Source: Eledone cirrhosa
Lineage: Eukaryota
Direction: 5' to 3'
Length of the DNA stretch: 64,000 bases
Assembly (NCBI GenBank): GCA_964016885.1
Contig: OZ024742.1
Span: forward strand, 319,982,001-320,046,000
Below the pieces are notes generated by a model. It saw only the letters and a program-made list of their open reading frames with translations. It did no database searches and was not told where the DNA came from. This document shows, one piece after another, positions 1 through 16,202 of the stretch (position 1 is its first letter; the number at the start of each line of letters is the position of its first letter). The translations under genes and the position numbers were made by a program.

Positions 1-3000
1 ACACAACCATCACCATCATCACAACCACCAACTATACCTTTACACAACCATCACCATCATCACAACCACCAACTATACCTTTATACAACCATCACCATCA
101 TCACAACCACCAACTATACCTTTATACAACCATCATCATCACAACCACCAACTATACCTTTACACAACCATCATCATCACAACCACCAACTATACCTTTA
201 TACAACCATCACCATCGTCACAACCACCAACTATACCTTTACACAACCATCACCATCATCACAACCACCAACTATACCTTTATACAACCATCATCATCAC
301 AACCACCAACTATACCTTTATACAACCATCATCATCACAACCACCAACTACACCTTTACACAACCATCACCATCATCACAACCACCAACTATACATTTAT
401 ACAACCATCATCATCACAACCACCAACTATACCTTTACACAACCATCACCATCATCACAACCACCAACTATACCTTTATACAACCATCATCATCACAACC
501 ACCAACTATACCTTTATACAACCATCATCATCACAACCACCAACTACACCTTTACACAACCATCACCATCATCACAACCACCAACTATACATTTATACAA
601 CCATCATCATCACAACCACCAACTACACCTTTACACAACCATCACCATCATCACAACAACCAACTATACATTTATACAACCATCATCATCACAACCACCA
701 ACTATACCTTTATACAACCATCATCATCACAACCACCAACTATACCTTTATACAACCATCATCATCACAACCACCAACTATACTTTACACAACCATCACC
801 ATCATCACAACCACCAACTATACATTTATACAACCATCATCATCACAACCACCAACTATACCTTTATACAACCATCATCATCACAACCACCAACTATACC
901 TTTACACAACCATCACCATCATCACAACCACCAACTATACCTTTATACAACCATCATCATCACAACCACCAACTATACCTTTATACAACCATCATCATCA
1001 CAACCACCAACTACACCTTTACACAACCATCACCATCATCACAACCACCAACTATACATTTATACAACCATCATCATCACAACCACCAACTACACCTTTA
1101 CACAACCATCACCATCATCACAACCACCAACTATACATTTATACAACCATCATCATCACAACCACCAACTATACCTTTATACAACCATCATCATCACAAC
1201 CACCAACTATACCTTTATACAACCATCATCACCACAACCACCATCTATACCTTTACACAACCATCATCATCATCATCACAACCACCATCTATACCTTTAC
1301 ACAACCATCATCATCATCACAACTACCAACAATACCTTTACACAACCATCATCATCATCACAACCACCAACTACACCTTTACACAACCATCACCATCATC
1401 ACAACCACCAACTATACATTTATACAACCATCATCATCACAACCACCAACTACACCTTTACACAACCATCACCATCATCACAACCACCAACTATACATTT
1501 ATACAACCATCATCATCACAACCACCAACTATACCTTTATACAACCATCATCATCACAACCACCAACTATACCTTTATACAACCATCATCACCACAACCA
1601 CCATCTATACCTTTACACAACCATCATCATCATCATCACAACCACCATCTATACCTTTACACAACCATCATCATCATCACAACTACCAACAATACCTTTA
1701 TACAACCATCATCATCACCACAACCACCAAGAATACCTTTACACATCCATCATCATCATCACCACAACCACCAACTATACCTTTACACAACCATCATCAT
1801 CATCATCACAACCACCAACTATACCTTTACACAACCATCATCATCATCACAACCACCAACTATACCTTTACACAACCATCATCATCATCACAACCACCAA
1901 CTATACCTTTATACAACCATCACCATCATCACAACCACCAACAATACCTTTACACAACCATCATCATCACCACAACCACCAACTATACCTTTACACAACC
2001 ATCATCATCATCACAACCACCAACAATACCTTTATACAACCATCACCATCATCACAACCACCAACAATACCATTACACAACCATCATCATCATCACAACC
2101 ACCAACTATACCTTTATACAACCATCACCATCATCACAACCACCAACTATACCTTTATACAACCATCATCATCACCACAACCACCAACTATACCTTTATA
2201 CAACCATCACCATCATCACAACCACCAACTATACCTTTATACAACCATCATCATCACCACAACCACCAACTATACCTTTACACAACCATCATCATCATCA
2301 CAACCACCAACAATACCATTACACAACCATCATCATCATCACCACAACCACCGACTATACCTTTATACAACCATCACCATCATCACAACCACCAACTATA
2401 CCTTTATACAACCATCATCATCATCACCACAACCACCAACTATACCTTTATACAACCATCACCATCATCACAACCACCAACTATACCTTTATACAACCAT
2501 CATCATCATCACCACAACCACCAACTATACCTTTATACAACCATCACCATCATCACAACCACCGACTATACCTTTACACAACCATCACCATCATCACAAC
2601 CACCAACAATACTATTACACAACCATCATCATCATCACCACAACCACCGACTATACCTTTACACAACCATCATCATCATCACCACAACCACCGACTATAC
2701 CTTTATACAACCATCATCATCATCACCACAACCACCAACAATACCTTTATACAACCATCACCATCATCACAACCACCAACTATACCTTTATACAACCATC
2801 ATCATCATCACCACAACCACCAACTATACCTTTACACAACCACCATCATCACAACCACCGACTATACCTTTATACAACCATCACCATCATCACAACCACC
2901 AACTATACCTTTATACAACCATCACCATCATCACAACCACCAACTATACCTTTACACAACCATCACCATCATCACAACCACCAACTATACCTTTACACAA

Positions 3001-6000
3001 CCATCATCATCACCACAACCACCGACTATACCTTTATACAACCATCATCATCATCATCACAACCACCAACTATACCTTTACACAACCACCATCATCACAA
3101 CCACCGACTATACCTTTATACAACCATCACCATCATCACAACCACCAACTATACCTTTACACAACCATCATCATCATCACAACCACCAACTATACCTTTA
3201 CACAACCATCATCATCATCACAACCACCAACTATACCTTTACACAACCATCATCATCATCATCACAACCACCAACAATACCTTTACACAACCATCATCAT
3301 CATCACAACCACCAACTATACCTTTATACAACCATCATCATCATCACCACAACCACCAACTATACCTTTACACAACCATCATCATCATCACCACAACCAC
3401 CGACTATACCTTTATACAACCATCATCATCATCACCACAACCACCAACAATACCTTTACACAACCATCACCATCATCACAACCACCAACTATACCTTTAT
3501 ACAACCATCACCATCATCACAACCACCAACTATACCTTTACACAACCATCATCATCATCATCACAGCCACCAACTATACCTTTATACAACCATCATCATC
3601 ATCACAACCACCAACTATACCTTTATACAACCATCATCATCACAACCACCAACTATACCTTTATACAACCATCATCACCACAACCACCATCTATACCTTT
3701 ACACAACCATCATCATCATCATCACAACCACCATCTATACCTTTACACAACCATCATCATCATCACAACTACCAACAATACCTTTACACAACCATCATCA
3801 TCATCACAACCACCAACTATACCTTTATACAACCATCATCATCACCACAACTAGCAAGAATACCTTTACACAACCATCATCATCATCACCACAACCACCA
3901 ACTATACCTTTACACAACCATCATCATCATCATCACAACCACCAACTATACCTTTACACAACCATCATCATCATCACAACCACCAACTATACCTTTACAC
4001 AACCATCATCATCATCACAACCACCAACTATACCTTTACACAACCATCACCATCATCACAACCACCAACTATACCTTTACACAACCATCATCATCATCAC
4101 AACCACCAACAATACCTTTATACAACCATCACCATCATCACAACCACCAACAATACCATTACACAACCATCATCATCATCACAACCACCAACTATACCTT
4201 TACACAACCATCATCATCATCACCACAACCACCAACTATACCTTTACACAACCATCATCATCATCATCACAACCACCAACTATACCTTTACACAACCATC
4301 ATCATCATCACAACCACCAACTATACCTTTACACAACCATCATCATCATCACAACCACCAACTATACCTTTACACAACCATCATCATCATCACAACCACC
4401 AACTATACCTTTACACAACCATCATCATCATCACAACCACCAACAATACCTTTATACAACCATCACCATCATCACAACCACCAACAATACCATTACACAA
4501 CCATCATCATCATCACAACCACCAACTATACCTTTATACAACCATCACCATCATCACAACCACCAACTATACCTTTATACAACCATCATCATCACCACAA
4601 CCACCAACTATACCTTTACACAACCATCATCATCATCACAACCACCAACAATACCATTACACAACCATCATCATCATCACCACAACCACCGACTATACCT
4701 TTATACAACCATCACCATCATCACAACCACCAACTATACCTTTATACAACCATCATCATCATCACCACAACCACCAACTATACCTTTACACAACCATCAC
4801 CATCATCACAACCACCAACAATACCATTACACAACCATCATCATCATCACCACAACCACCGACTATACCTTTACACAACCATCATCATCATCACCACAAT
4901 CACCGACTATACCTTTATACAACCATCATCATCATCACCACAACCACCAACTATACCTTTACACAACCATCACCATCATCACAACCACCAACAATACCAT
5001 TACACAACCATCATCATCATCACCACAACCACCGACTATACCTTTACACAACCATCATCATCATCACCACAACCACCGACTATACCTTTACACAACCATC
5101 ATCATCATCACCACAATCACCGACTATACCTTTACACAACCACCATCATCACAACCACCGACTATACCTTTATACAACCATCACCATCATCACAACCACC
5201 AACTATACCTTTACACAACCATCACCATCATCACAACCACCAACTATACCTTTACACAACCATCATCATCACCACAACCACCGACTATACCTTTATACAA
5301 CCATCATCATCATCATCACAACCACCAACTATACCTTTACACAACCATCATCATCATCACAACCACCAACTATACCTTTACACAACCATCATCATCATCA
5401 TCACAACCACCAACAATACCTTTACACAACCATCATCATCACCACAACCACCAACTATACCTTTACACAACCATCATCATCATCACCACAACCACCGACT
5501 ATACCTTTATACAACCATCATCATCATCACCACAACCACCAACTATACCTTTATACAACCATCACCATCATCACAACCACCAACAATACCTTTACACAAC
5601 CATCACCATCATCACAACCACCAACTATACCTTTACACAACCATCACCATCATCACAACCACCAACAATACCTTTACACAACCATCACCATCATCACAAC
5701 CACCAACAATACCTTTATACAACCATCACCATCATCACAACCACCAACTATACCTTTACACAACCACCATCATCACAACCACCGACTATACCTTTATACA
5801 ACCATCACCATCATCACAACCACCAACTATACCTTTACACAACCATCATCATCATCATCACAGCCACCAACTATACCTTTATACAACCATCATCATCATC
5901 ACAACCACCAACTATACCTTTATACAACCATCACCATCATCACAACCACCAACTATACCTTTATACAACCATCATCATCATCACAACCACCAACTATACC

Positions 6001-9000
6001 TTTATACAACCATCATCATCATAACCACCAACTATACCTTTATACAACCATCATCATCATAACCACCAACTATACCTTTATACAACCATCATCATCACAA
6101 CCACCAACTATACCTTTATACAACCATCATCATCATAACCACCAACTATACCTTTATACAACCATCATCATCACAACCACCAACTATACCTTTATACAAC
6201 CATCATCATCACAACCACCAACTATACCTTTATACAACCATCATCATCATAACCACCAACTATACCTTTATACAACCATCATCATCATCACAACCACCAA
6301 CTATACCTTTACACAACCATCACCATCATCACAACCACCAACTATACCTTTATACAACCAATACCATCATCACAACCACCAACTATACCTTTACACAACC
6401 ATCATCATCATCACAACCACCAACTATACCTTTACACAACCATCATCATCATCACAACCACCGACTATACCTTTACACAACCATCATCATCATCACATCC
6501 ACCAACTTTACATTTACACAACCATCATCATCATCACAACCACCAACTATACCTTTACACAACCATCATCATCATCACAACCACCAACTATACCTTTACA
6601 CAACCATCATCATCATCACAACCACCAACTATACCTTTATACAACCATCACCATCATCACAACCATCAACTATACCTTTACACAACCATCTTCATCATCA
6701 TCACAACCACCAACTATACCTTTACACAACCATCACCATCATCACAACCACCAACTATACCTTTATACAACCATCATCATCATCACAACCACCAACTATA
6801 CCTTTACACAACCATCATCATCATCACAACCACCAACTATACCTTTACACAACCACCATCATCATCACAACCACCAACTATACCTTTACACAACCATCAT
6901 CATCATCACAACCACCAAGTATACCTTTACACAACCATCACCATCATCACAACCACCAACTATACCTTTACACAACCATCATCATCATCACAACCACCAA
7001 CTATACCTTTACACAACCACCATCATCATCACAACCACCAACTATACCTTTACACAACCATCATCATCATCACAACCACCAAGTATACCTTTACACAACC
7101 ATCACCATCATCACAACCACCAACTATACCTTTACACAACCATCATCATCATCACAACCACCAACTATACCTTTACACAACCATCACCATCATCACAACC
7201 ACCAACTATACCTTTACACAACCATCATCATCATCACAACCACCAACTATACCTTTACACAACCACCATCATCATCACAACCACCAACTATACCTTTACA
7301 CAACCATCACCATCATCACAACCACCGACTATACCTTTACACAACCATCATCATCATCACAACCACCGACTATACCTTTACACAACCATCATCATCATCA
7401 CATCCACCAACTTTACATTTACACAACCATCATCACCATCATCACAACCACCAACTATACCTTTATACAACCATCACCATCATCACAACCACCAACTATA
7501 CCTTTATACAACCATCATCATCATCACATCCACCAACTTTACATTTACACAACCATCATCACCATCACAACCACCAACTATACCTTTACACAACCATCAC
7601 CATCATCACAACCACCAACAATACCTTTACACAACCATCATCATCATCACAACCACCAGCTATACCTTTACACAACCATCATCATCATCACAACCACCAA
7701 CTATACCTTTATACAACCATCACCATCATCACAACCACCAACTATACCTTTATACAACCATCACCATCATCACAACCACCAACTATACCTTTATACAACC
7801 ATCATCATCATCACATCCACCAACTTTACATTTACACAACCATCATCACCATCACAACCACCAACTATACCTTTACACAACCATCACCATCATCACAACC
7901 ACCAACAATACCTTTACACAACCATCATCATCATCACAACCACCAACTATACCTTTACACAACCATCATCATCATCACAACCACCAACTATACCTTTATA
8001 CAACCATCACCATCATCACAACCACCAACTATACCTTTATACAACCATCATCATCATCACAACCACCAACTATACCTTTACACAACCATCATCATCATCA
8101 CAACCACCAACTATACCTTTACACAACCATCACCATCATCACAACCACCAACAATACCTTTACACAACCATCATCATCATCACAACCACCAGCTATACCT
8201 TTACACAACCATCATCATCATCACAACCACCAACAATTCCTTTACACAACCATCATCATCATCACAACCAGCAACAATTCCTTTACACAACCATCATCAT
8301 CATCACAACCACCAGCTATACCTTTACACAACCATCACCATCATCACAACCACCAACAATTCCTTTACACAACCATCATCATCATCACAACCAGCAACAA
8401 TTCCTTTACACAACCATCATCATCATCACAACCACCAGCTATACCTTTACACAACCATCACCATCATCACAACCACCAACAATTCCTTTACACAACCATC
8501 ATCATCATCACAACCAGCAACAATTCCTTTACACAACCATCATCATCATCACAACCAGCAACAATTCCTTTACACAACCATCATCATCATCACAACCACC
8601 AACTATACCTTTACACAACCATCATCATCATCACAACCACCGACTATACCTTTACACAACCATCATCATCATCACAACCACCAACTATACCTTTATACAA
8701 CCATCATCATCATCACAACCACCAACTATACCTTTACACAAACATCATCATCATCACAACCACCAACTATACCTTTACACAACCATCATCATCATCACAA
8801 CCACCAACTATACCTTTACACAACCATCATCATCATCACAACCACCAACTATACCTTTACACAACCATCATCATCATCACAACCACCAACTATACCTTTA
8901 TACAACCATCATCATCATCACAACCACCAACTATACCTTTACACAACCATCATCATCATCACAACCACCGACTATACCTTTACACAACCATCATCATCAT

Positions 9001-9210
9001 CATCATCACAACCACCAACTATACCTTTACACAACCATCATCATCATCACAACCACAAACTATACCTTTACACAACCATCATCATCATCACAACCACCAA
9101 CTATACCTTTATACAACCATCATCATCATCACAACCACCAACTATACCTTTACACAACCATCACCATCATCACAACCACCAACTATACCTTTATACAACC
9201 ATCATCACCA
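1..9210. repeat. Minisatellite array, ~41-bp unit (38/41/44/47 variants) AYACAACC(ATC/ACC)nACAACCACCAACTATACCTTT; plus strand almost G-free; runs off the window start
   Basis: Unit recurs at 1 and 42; length varies by ATC triplets; block duplication with 360-bp period (lines 1021 and 1381 identical). Confidence 0.97.
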
Positions 9211-9269
9211 TCGTCAATGCTACGGACCACCACCAACAACAACAACAACCAACAACAACAACAAAAACA

Positions 9270-12200
9270 ACCACTATAGGAGTTGACTGAGCTGCACAAC
9301 AACAACAACAACAACCACTATAGGAGTTGACTGGGCTGCACAACTACAACAACAACGACAACAACAACCACTATAGGAGTTGACTGGGCTGCACAACTAC
9401 AACAACAACGACAACAACAACCACTATAGGAGTTGACTGGGCTGCACAACTACAACAACAACGACAACAACAACCACTATAGGAGTTGACTGGGCTCCAC
9501 AACTACAACAACCAACTACAACAACCACTATAGGAGTTGACTGGGCTCCACAACAACAACAACGACAACAACAACCACTATAGGAGTTGACTGGGCTCCA
9601 CAACTACAACAACCAACAACAACAACCACTATAGGAGTTGACTGGGCTCCACAACTACAACAACAACGACAACAACAACCACTATAGGAGTTGACTGGGC
9701 TCCACAACTACAACAACCAACAACAACAACCACTATAGGAGTTGACTGGGCTCCACAACTACAACAACAACGACAACAACAACCACTATAGGAGTTGACT
9801 GGGCTCCACAACTACAACAACGACAACAACAACCACTATAGGAGTTGACTGGGCTCCACAACTACAACAACCAACAACAACAACCACTATAGGAGTTGAC
9901 TGGGCTCCACAACTACAACAACAACGACAACAACAACCACTATAGGAGTTGACTGGGCTCCACAACTACAACAACGACAACAACAACCACTATAGGAGTT
10001 GACTGGGCTCCACAACTACAACAACCAACAACAACAACCACTATAGGAGTTGACTAGGCTCCACAACTACAACAACCAACAACAACAACCACTATAGGAG
10101 TTGACTGGGCTCCACAACTACAACAACCAACAACAACAACCACTATAGGAGTTGACTAGGCTCCACAACTACAACAACCAACAACAACAACCACTATAGG
10201 AGTTGACTGGGCTCCACAACTACAACAACCAACAACAACAACAACCACTATAGGAGTTGACTGGGCTCCACAACTACAACAACCAACTACAACAACCACT
10301 ATAGGAGTTGACTGGGCTCCACAACAACAACAACGACAACAACAACCACTATAGGAGTTGACTGGGCTCCACAACTACAACAACCAACAACAATAACCAC
10401 TATAGGAGTTGACTGGGCTCCACAACTACAACAACAACGACAACAACAACCACTATAGGAGTTGACTGGGCTCCACAACTACAACAACCAACAACAACAA
10501 CCACTATAGGAGTTGACTGGGCTCCACAACTACAACAACAACGACAACAACAACCACTATAAGAGTTGACTGGGCTCCACAACTACAACAACGACAACAA
10601 CAACCACTATAGGAGTTGACTGGGCTCCACAACTACAACAACCAACAACAACAACCACTATAGGAGTTGACTGGGCTCCACAACTACAACAACAACGACA
10701 ACAACAACCACTATAGGAGTTGACTGGGCTCCACAACTACAACAACGACAACAACAACCACTATAGGAGTTGACTGGGCTCCACAACTACAACAACCAAC
10801 AACAACAACCACTATAGGAGTTGACTAGGCTCCACAACTACAACAACCAACAACAACAACCACTATAGGAGTTGACTGGGCTCCACAACTACAACAACCA
10901 ACAACAACAACCACTATAGGAGTTGACTAGGCTCCACAACTACAACAACCAACAACAACAACCACTATAGGAGTTGACTGGGCTCCACAACTACAACAAC
11001 CAACAACAACAACAACCACTATAGGAGTTGACTGGGCTCCACAACTACAACAACCAACAACAACAACCACTATAGGAGTTGACTAGGCTCCACAACTACA
11101 ACAACCAACAACAACAACCACTATAGGAGTTGACTGGGCTCCACAACTACAACAACCAACAACAACAACCACTATAGGAGTTGACTAGGCTCCACAACTA
11201 CAACAACCAACAACAACAACCACTATAGGAGTTGACTGGGCTCCACAACTACAACAACCAACAACAACAACAACCACTATAGGAGTTGACTGGGCTCCAC
11301 AACTACAACAACCAACAACAACAACCACTATAGGAGTTGACTGGGCTCCACAACTACAACAACCAACAACAACAACCACTATAGGAGTTGACTAGGCTCC
11401 ACAACTACAACAACCAACAACAACAACCACTATAGGAGTTGACTGGGCTCCACAACTACAACAACCAACAACAACAACAACCATTATAGGAGTTGACTGG
11501 GCTCCACAACTACAACAACCAACAACAACAACCACTATAGGAGTTGACTGGGCTCCACAACTACAACAACAACGACAACAACAACCACTATAGGAGTTGA
11601 CTGGGCTCCACAACTACAACAACGACAACAACAACCACTATAGGAGTTGACTGGGCTCCACAACTACAACAACCAACAACAACAACCACTATAGGAGTTG
11701 ACTAGGCTCCACAACTACAACAACCAACAACAACAACCACTATAGGAGTTGACTGGGCTCCACAACTACAACAACCAACAACAACAACCACTATAGGAGT
11801 TGACTAGGCTCCACAACTACAACAACCAACAACAACAACCACTATAGGAGTTGACTGGGCTCCACAACTACAACAACCAACAACAACAACAACCACTATA
11901 GGAGTTGACTGGGCTCCACAACTACAACAACCAACTACAACAACCACTATAGGAGTTGACTGGGCTCCACAACAACAACAACGACAACAACAACCACTAT
12001 AGGAGTTGACTGGGCTCCACAACTACAACAACCAACAACAATAACCACTATAGGAGTTGACTGGGCTCCACAACTACAACAACAACGACAACAACAACCA
12101 CTATAGGAGTTGACTGGGCTCCACAACTACAACAACCAACAACAACAACCACTATAGGAGTTGACTGGGCTCCACAACTACAACAACAACGACAACAACA

Positions 12201-13990
12201 ACCACTATAAGAGTTGACTGGGCTCCACAACTACAACAACGACAACAACAACCACTATAGGAGTTGACTGGGCTCCACAACTACAACAACCAACAACAAC
12301 AACCACTATAGGAGTTGACTGGGCTCCACAACTACAACAACAACGACAACAACAACCACTATAGGAGTTGACTGGGCTCCACAACTACAACAACGACAAC
12401 AACAACCACTATAGGAGTTGACTGGGCTCCACAACTACAACAACCAACAACAACAACCACTATAGGAGTTGACTAGGCTCCACAACTACAACAACCAACA
12501 ACAACAACCACTATAGGAGTTGACTGGGCTCCACAACTACAACAACCAACAACAACAACCACTATAGGAGTTGACTAGGCTCCACAACTACAACAACCAA
12601 CAACAACAACCACTATAGGAGTTGACTGGGCTCCACAACTACAACAACCAACAACAACAACAACCACTATAGGAGTTGACTGGGCTCCACAACTACAACA
12701 ACCAACAACAACAACCACTATAGGAGTTGACTAGGCTCCACAACTACAACAACCAACAACAACAACCACTATAGGAGTTGACTGGGCTCCACAACTACAA
12801 CAACCAACAACAACAACCACTATAGGAGTTGACTAGGCTCCACAACTACAACAACCAACAACAACAACCACTATAGGAGTTGACTGGGCTCCACAACTAC
12901 AACAACCAACAACAACAACAACCACTATAGGAGTTGACTGGGCTCCACAACTACAACAACCAACAACAACAACCACTATAGGAGTTGACTGGGCTCCACA
13001 ACTACAACAACCAACAACAACAACCACTATAGGAGTTGACTAGGCTCCACAACTACAACAACCAACAACAACAACCACTATAGGAGTTGACTGGGCTCCA
13101 CAACTACAACAACCAACAACAACAACAACCATTATAGGAGTTGACTGGGCTCCACAACTACAACAACCAACAACAACAACCACTATAGGAGTTGACTAGG
13201 CTCCACAACTACAACAACCAACAACAACAACCACTATAGGAGTTGACTGGGCTCCACAACTACAACAACCAACAACAACAACCACTATAGGAGTTGACTA
13301 GGCTCCACAACTACAACAACCAACAACAACAACCACTATAGGAGTTGACTGGGCTCCACAACTACAACAACCAACAACAACAACCACTATAGGAGTTGAC
13401 TAGGCTCCACAACTACAACAACGACAACAACAACCACTATAGGAGTTGACTAGGCTCCACAACAACAACAACCAACAACAACAACCACTATAGGAGTTGA
13501 CTGGGCTCCACAACAACAACAACAACGACAACAACAACCACTATAGGAGTTGACTGGGCTCCACAACAACAACAACAACGACAACAACAACCACTATAGG
13601 AGTTGACTGGGCTCCACAACAACAACAACGACAACAACAACCACTATAGGAGTTGACTGGGCTCCACAACTACAACAACCAACAACAACAACCACTATAG
13701 GAGTTGACTGGGCTGCACAACTACAACAACCAACAACAACAACCACTATAGGAGTTGACTGGGCTCCACAACTACAACAACCAACAACAACAACCACTAT
13801 AGGAGTTGACTGGGCTGCACAACTACAACAACCAACAACAACAACCACTATAGGAGTTGACTGGGCTGCACAACAACAACAACCAACAATAACAACAACA
13901 ACAACAACCATATAGGAGTTGATTGGGCTGCACAACAACAACCAACAACAACCACTGTAGAAATTTACTGGGCTGCACAACAACAACGGT
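9270..13990. repeat. Minisatellite array, ~51-bp unit CCACTATAGGAGTTGACTGGGCTCCACAACTACAACAACC(AAC)n with a 1648-bp higher-order duplication
   Basis: Core at 10089 and 10140 (51 bp). Identical pseudo-ORFs at 10156/11804, 10400/12048 and 11185/12833; rare ATAAGAG variant at ~10561 and ~12209. Confidence 0.97.
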
Positions 13991-14113
13991 AACACAACAC
14001 AACTATAAAACAACAACAACAAGAGAAGCTGACCGGGTTTCAGAACAACAACTAGGGGCCTCAACCAACAACAAAAAATTCACCACAACAAAACTAACTT
14101 TTAATATAACCTT

Positions 14114-14271
14114 CACCACCACAACCACCATTACTACTACTACTACTACTACCGCTTTCACTACTTCTATTACTATTACTACCGCCAACACTACCACTAC
14201 TACTACCGCCACCACTTCTTCTACCGCCACTACCGGCATTACTACTACCACTACTACTACCGCCACCACCA
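14114..14271. repeat. Degenerate (ACT/ACC)n trinucleotide microsatellite
   Basis: Runs of act/acc/gcc triplets. Confidence 0.9.
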
Positions 14272-14856
14272 CCACTGATCGCCGAGTCCGTTTGCCAGAG
14301 GACTGTGAGCGCCTGAGCACATTCGATGTGCCAGTCGCCCATTTTCCTCGGTCTTTGCTTGACTCAGGACTGCAGCTTGGTCAGCGAGACGAGTCGTGGG
14401 AATGCTCGCCTCACGAACCGGACCCACACCGGTTGTCTGGTGAGGAATACGTGGAGGTGTCGCAGCCTGAGCGCGTGTTTGCGCATCGTCAGCCGCGACT
14501 TCTCCAGCCCTCCGTTTGAAGGGTGTTGGCAGCAGGTGGATCTTCTCACCAAAGGAGCCCGTTTCTTCCAAAAGAATTGGAAGAGCGCGCACTATTTTGG
14601 TGAGCGTTTTGGCTGGACAAGGCACAACGGTCAAGTGGTAGTAGATGACGGACGCTATAAAAGTGTTCGCCACCTCCGTTCGACGTTTCAAGGATAGTTT
14701 GCACTCGGCCCACTTCTGGGTGAGCGCAAACACCTTGGCCGTCACCTCGTTCCAGTTCTTCTCCACCTGGAGGTCAGGACCAAACCAGACCCCGAGCAGC
14801 TTTACCGGTCCTTCCGTCCAGCGTCCGACGACGTCATCGGAAGGCATCGGTTTTCC
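14272..14856 (-). mobile_element. Tx1-clade LINE copy A: internal ORF2 fragment (post-RT region), truncated at both ends; same family as copy D
   Basis: Translates GRWTEGPVKLLGVWFGPDLQVEKNWNEVTAKVFALTQKWAECKLSLK, nearly identical to ORF2 of D; frameshifted. Confidence 0.92.
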
Positions 14857-14868
14857 ACACACATATAT

Positions 14869-14888
14869 AGATAGATAGATAGATAGAT
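14869..14888. repeat. (AGAT)n tract between copies A and B
   Basis: agatagatagatagatagat. Confidence 0.95.
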
Positions 14889-14890
14889 AT

Positions 14891-15947
14891 GTTTCTTTTA
14901 TTTGCCACTAGGGCATCAAAAGTGGGACAAGTACAAAGGGGGGAGTTTACACAAAAAGGCGTCCTCAATAAGGAGGAGGCAATAACAAAATATAAAAATA
15001 AAATAAGATATAACAAAAAATAAAATTTTTAACAAAATCCTCAATAGAGAGGAGGCGCCTTGGGGGGTCGCACACACCCCCGAAAAAAGTGTGCAACCCT
15101 TTTCCTCAGGAGCACAGAGAGGGGGTGCTCCCTCGTTCCTTCCTCTTTTCCACCTACAGGCTTATGTAGAGAGAAGGCCCATTCACACGGGCCATTCTCG
15201 CCACTTTCACCCACCTTTCATAAAAACGACTGGGGTGCAGCACCTCTCTCTCCATCCTGATCCTTCTTCCGAAATGATATCGGAAGAAACGGACCAGTTG
15301 TTGGCCAGAGAGAAAGGTGCCTGACCTCAGTCCTTTCAGACGCGTCCACCATACAACCTCTTTCGCCATGGCTATTACGCACAGAAACACCGCCTCTGCT
15401 TCATCTTTGAAGGGGGGAGGCGGCTTGATCATTACAATAGACTCGGTGGTCAACCGGATCGGTCCCACCCTTGACAGCAGTTGTTCGACATAGCCCCACA
15501 GATCGGCTACGCCCGAGCAGTGTACCAATGCGTGTGCAACGGTTTCCTCGTCGCACACGCATCTGGGACAGATCTTTTTGGCGGGGTCCCTACCCGGGCG
15601 CCCGTGTCTGTAGAGCCTTTCTCGAACGGGTAAAGCCCCTCGGTAGCACTGCCAGGCCAGGGACTTCTGGAAGTTGTCCATAGGTCCCGGGCTGAATGTC
15701 CTACCGAACAGGCCGGCCAGTTCGTCCTCCTCCATGTCTAGGGCTTCTCCGAGGGCGTCGTCGCACCTGCTGCGTACCAGCCCTCTATAGAATGTTGCGG
15801 TGGAGTCTCCACTGATAACCGGATCCGCCTGCCAGAGGGCGGTGAGCGCCTGGGCACACTCAGTGTGCCAGGCGCCCAGTTTTCTCGGTCTTTGCTTGAC
15901 CCAGGATTGCAGCTCGGTGAGTGAGACGAGTCTGGGAAAGGTTCGTC

Positions 15948-15948
<1 letters not shown>
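14891..15948 (-). mobile_element. Tx1-clade LINE copy B: 5'-truncated, ORF2 C-terminus plus 3' UTR
   Basis: ORF 15154-15735 with zf-RVT-type CPRCVCDEETVAHALVHC, ends ARVNGPSLYISL*; 3' UTR ends AATAAAAGAAAC then (TATC)n; 5' break abuts (TATC)n. Confidence 0.95.
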
Positions 15949-15979
<31 letters not shown>

Positions 15980-15988
15980 GAGATAGAT
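15949..15988. repeat. (AGAT)n tract between copies B and C
   Basis: About 10 units with one AGAG variant. Confidence 0.95.
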
Positions 15989-16202
15989 TTCTTTATTTAC
16001 CATAAAGGTATAAAAAGAAGGGACAAATACAAAGGGGGAGTTTACATAAAACCGAGTAAAAATGGTATAAAGTGAAAATAATCAAAAACAACCTCAAAAG
16101 GGAGGGGACGTGATGGGGGTTGCATACACCCCCGAAAAAGTGTGCAATCCTTTGCCCGGGGTGCACATGGAGAAAGTGCTCCCCTCTCCTTCACTTCTTT
16201 AC

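Noticed and set aside
9270-13990. CRISPR-like look (constant core with intervening sequence)
   Set aside because: Intervening sequence is (AAC)n rather than unique spacers; no cas genes; eukaryotic context.
1-14270. Telomeric repeat
   Set aside because: No (TTAGGG)n or other short G-rich telomere unit is present.
9629-14342. Cys/Val-rich short ORFs on the minus strand
   Set aside because: Translations of the minisatellite and microsatellite.
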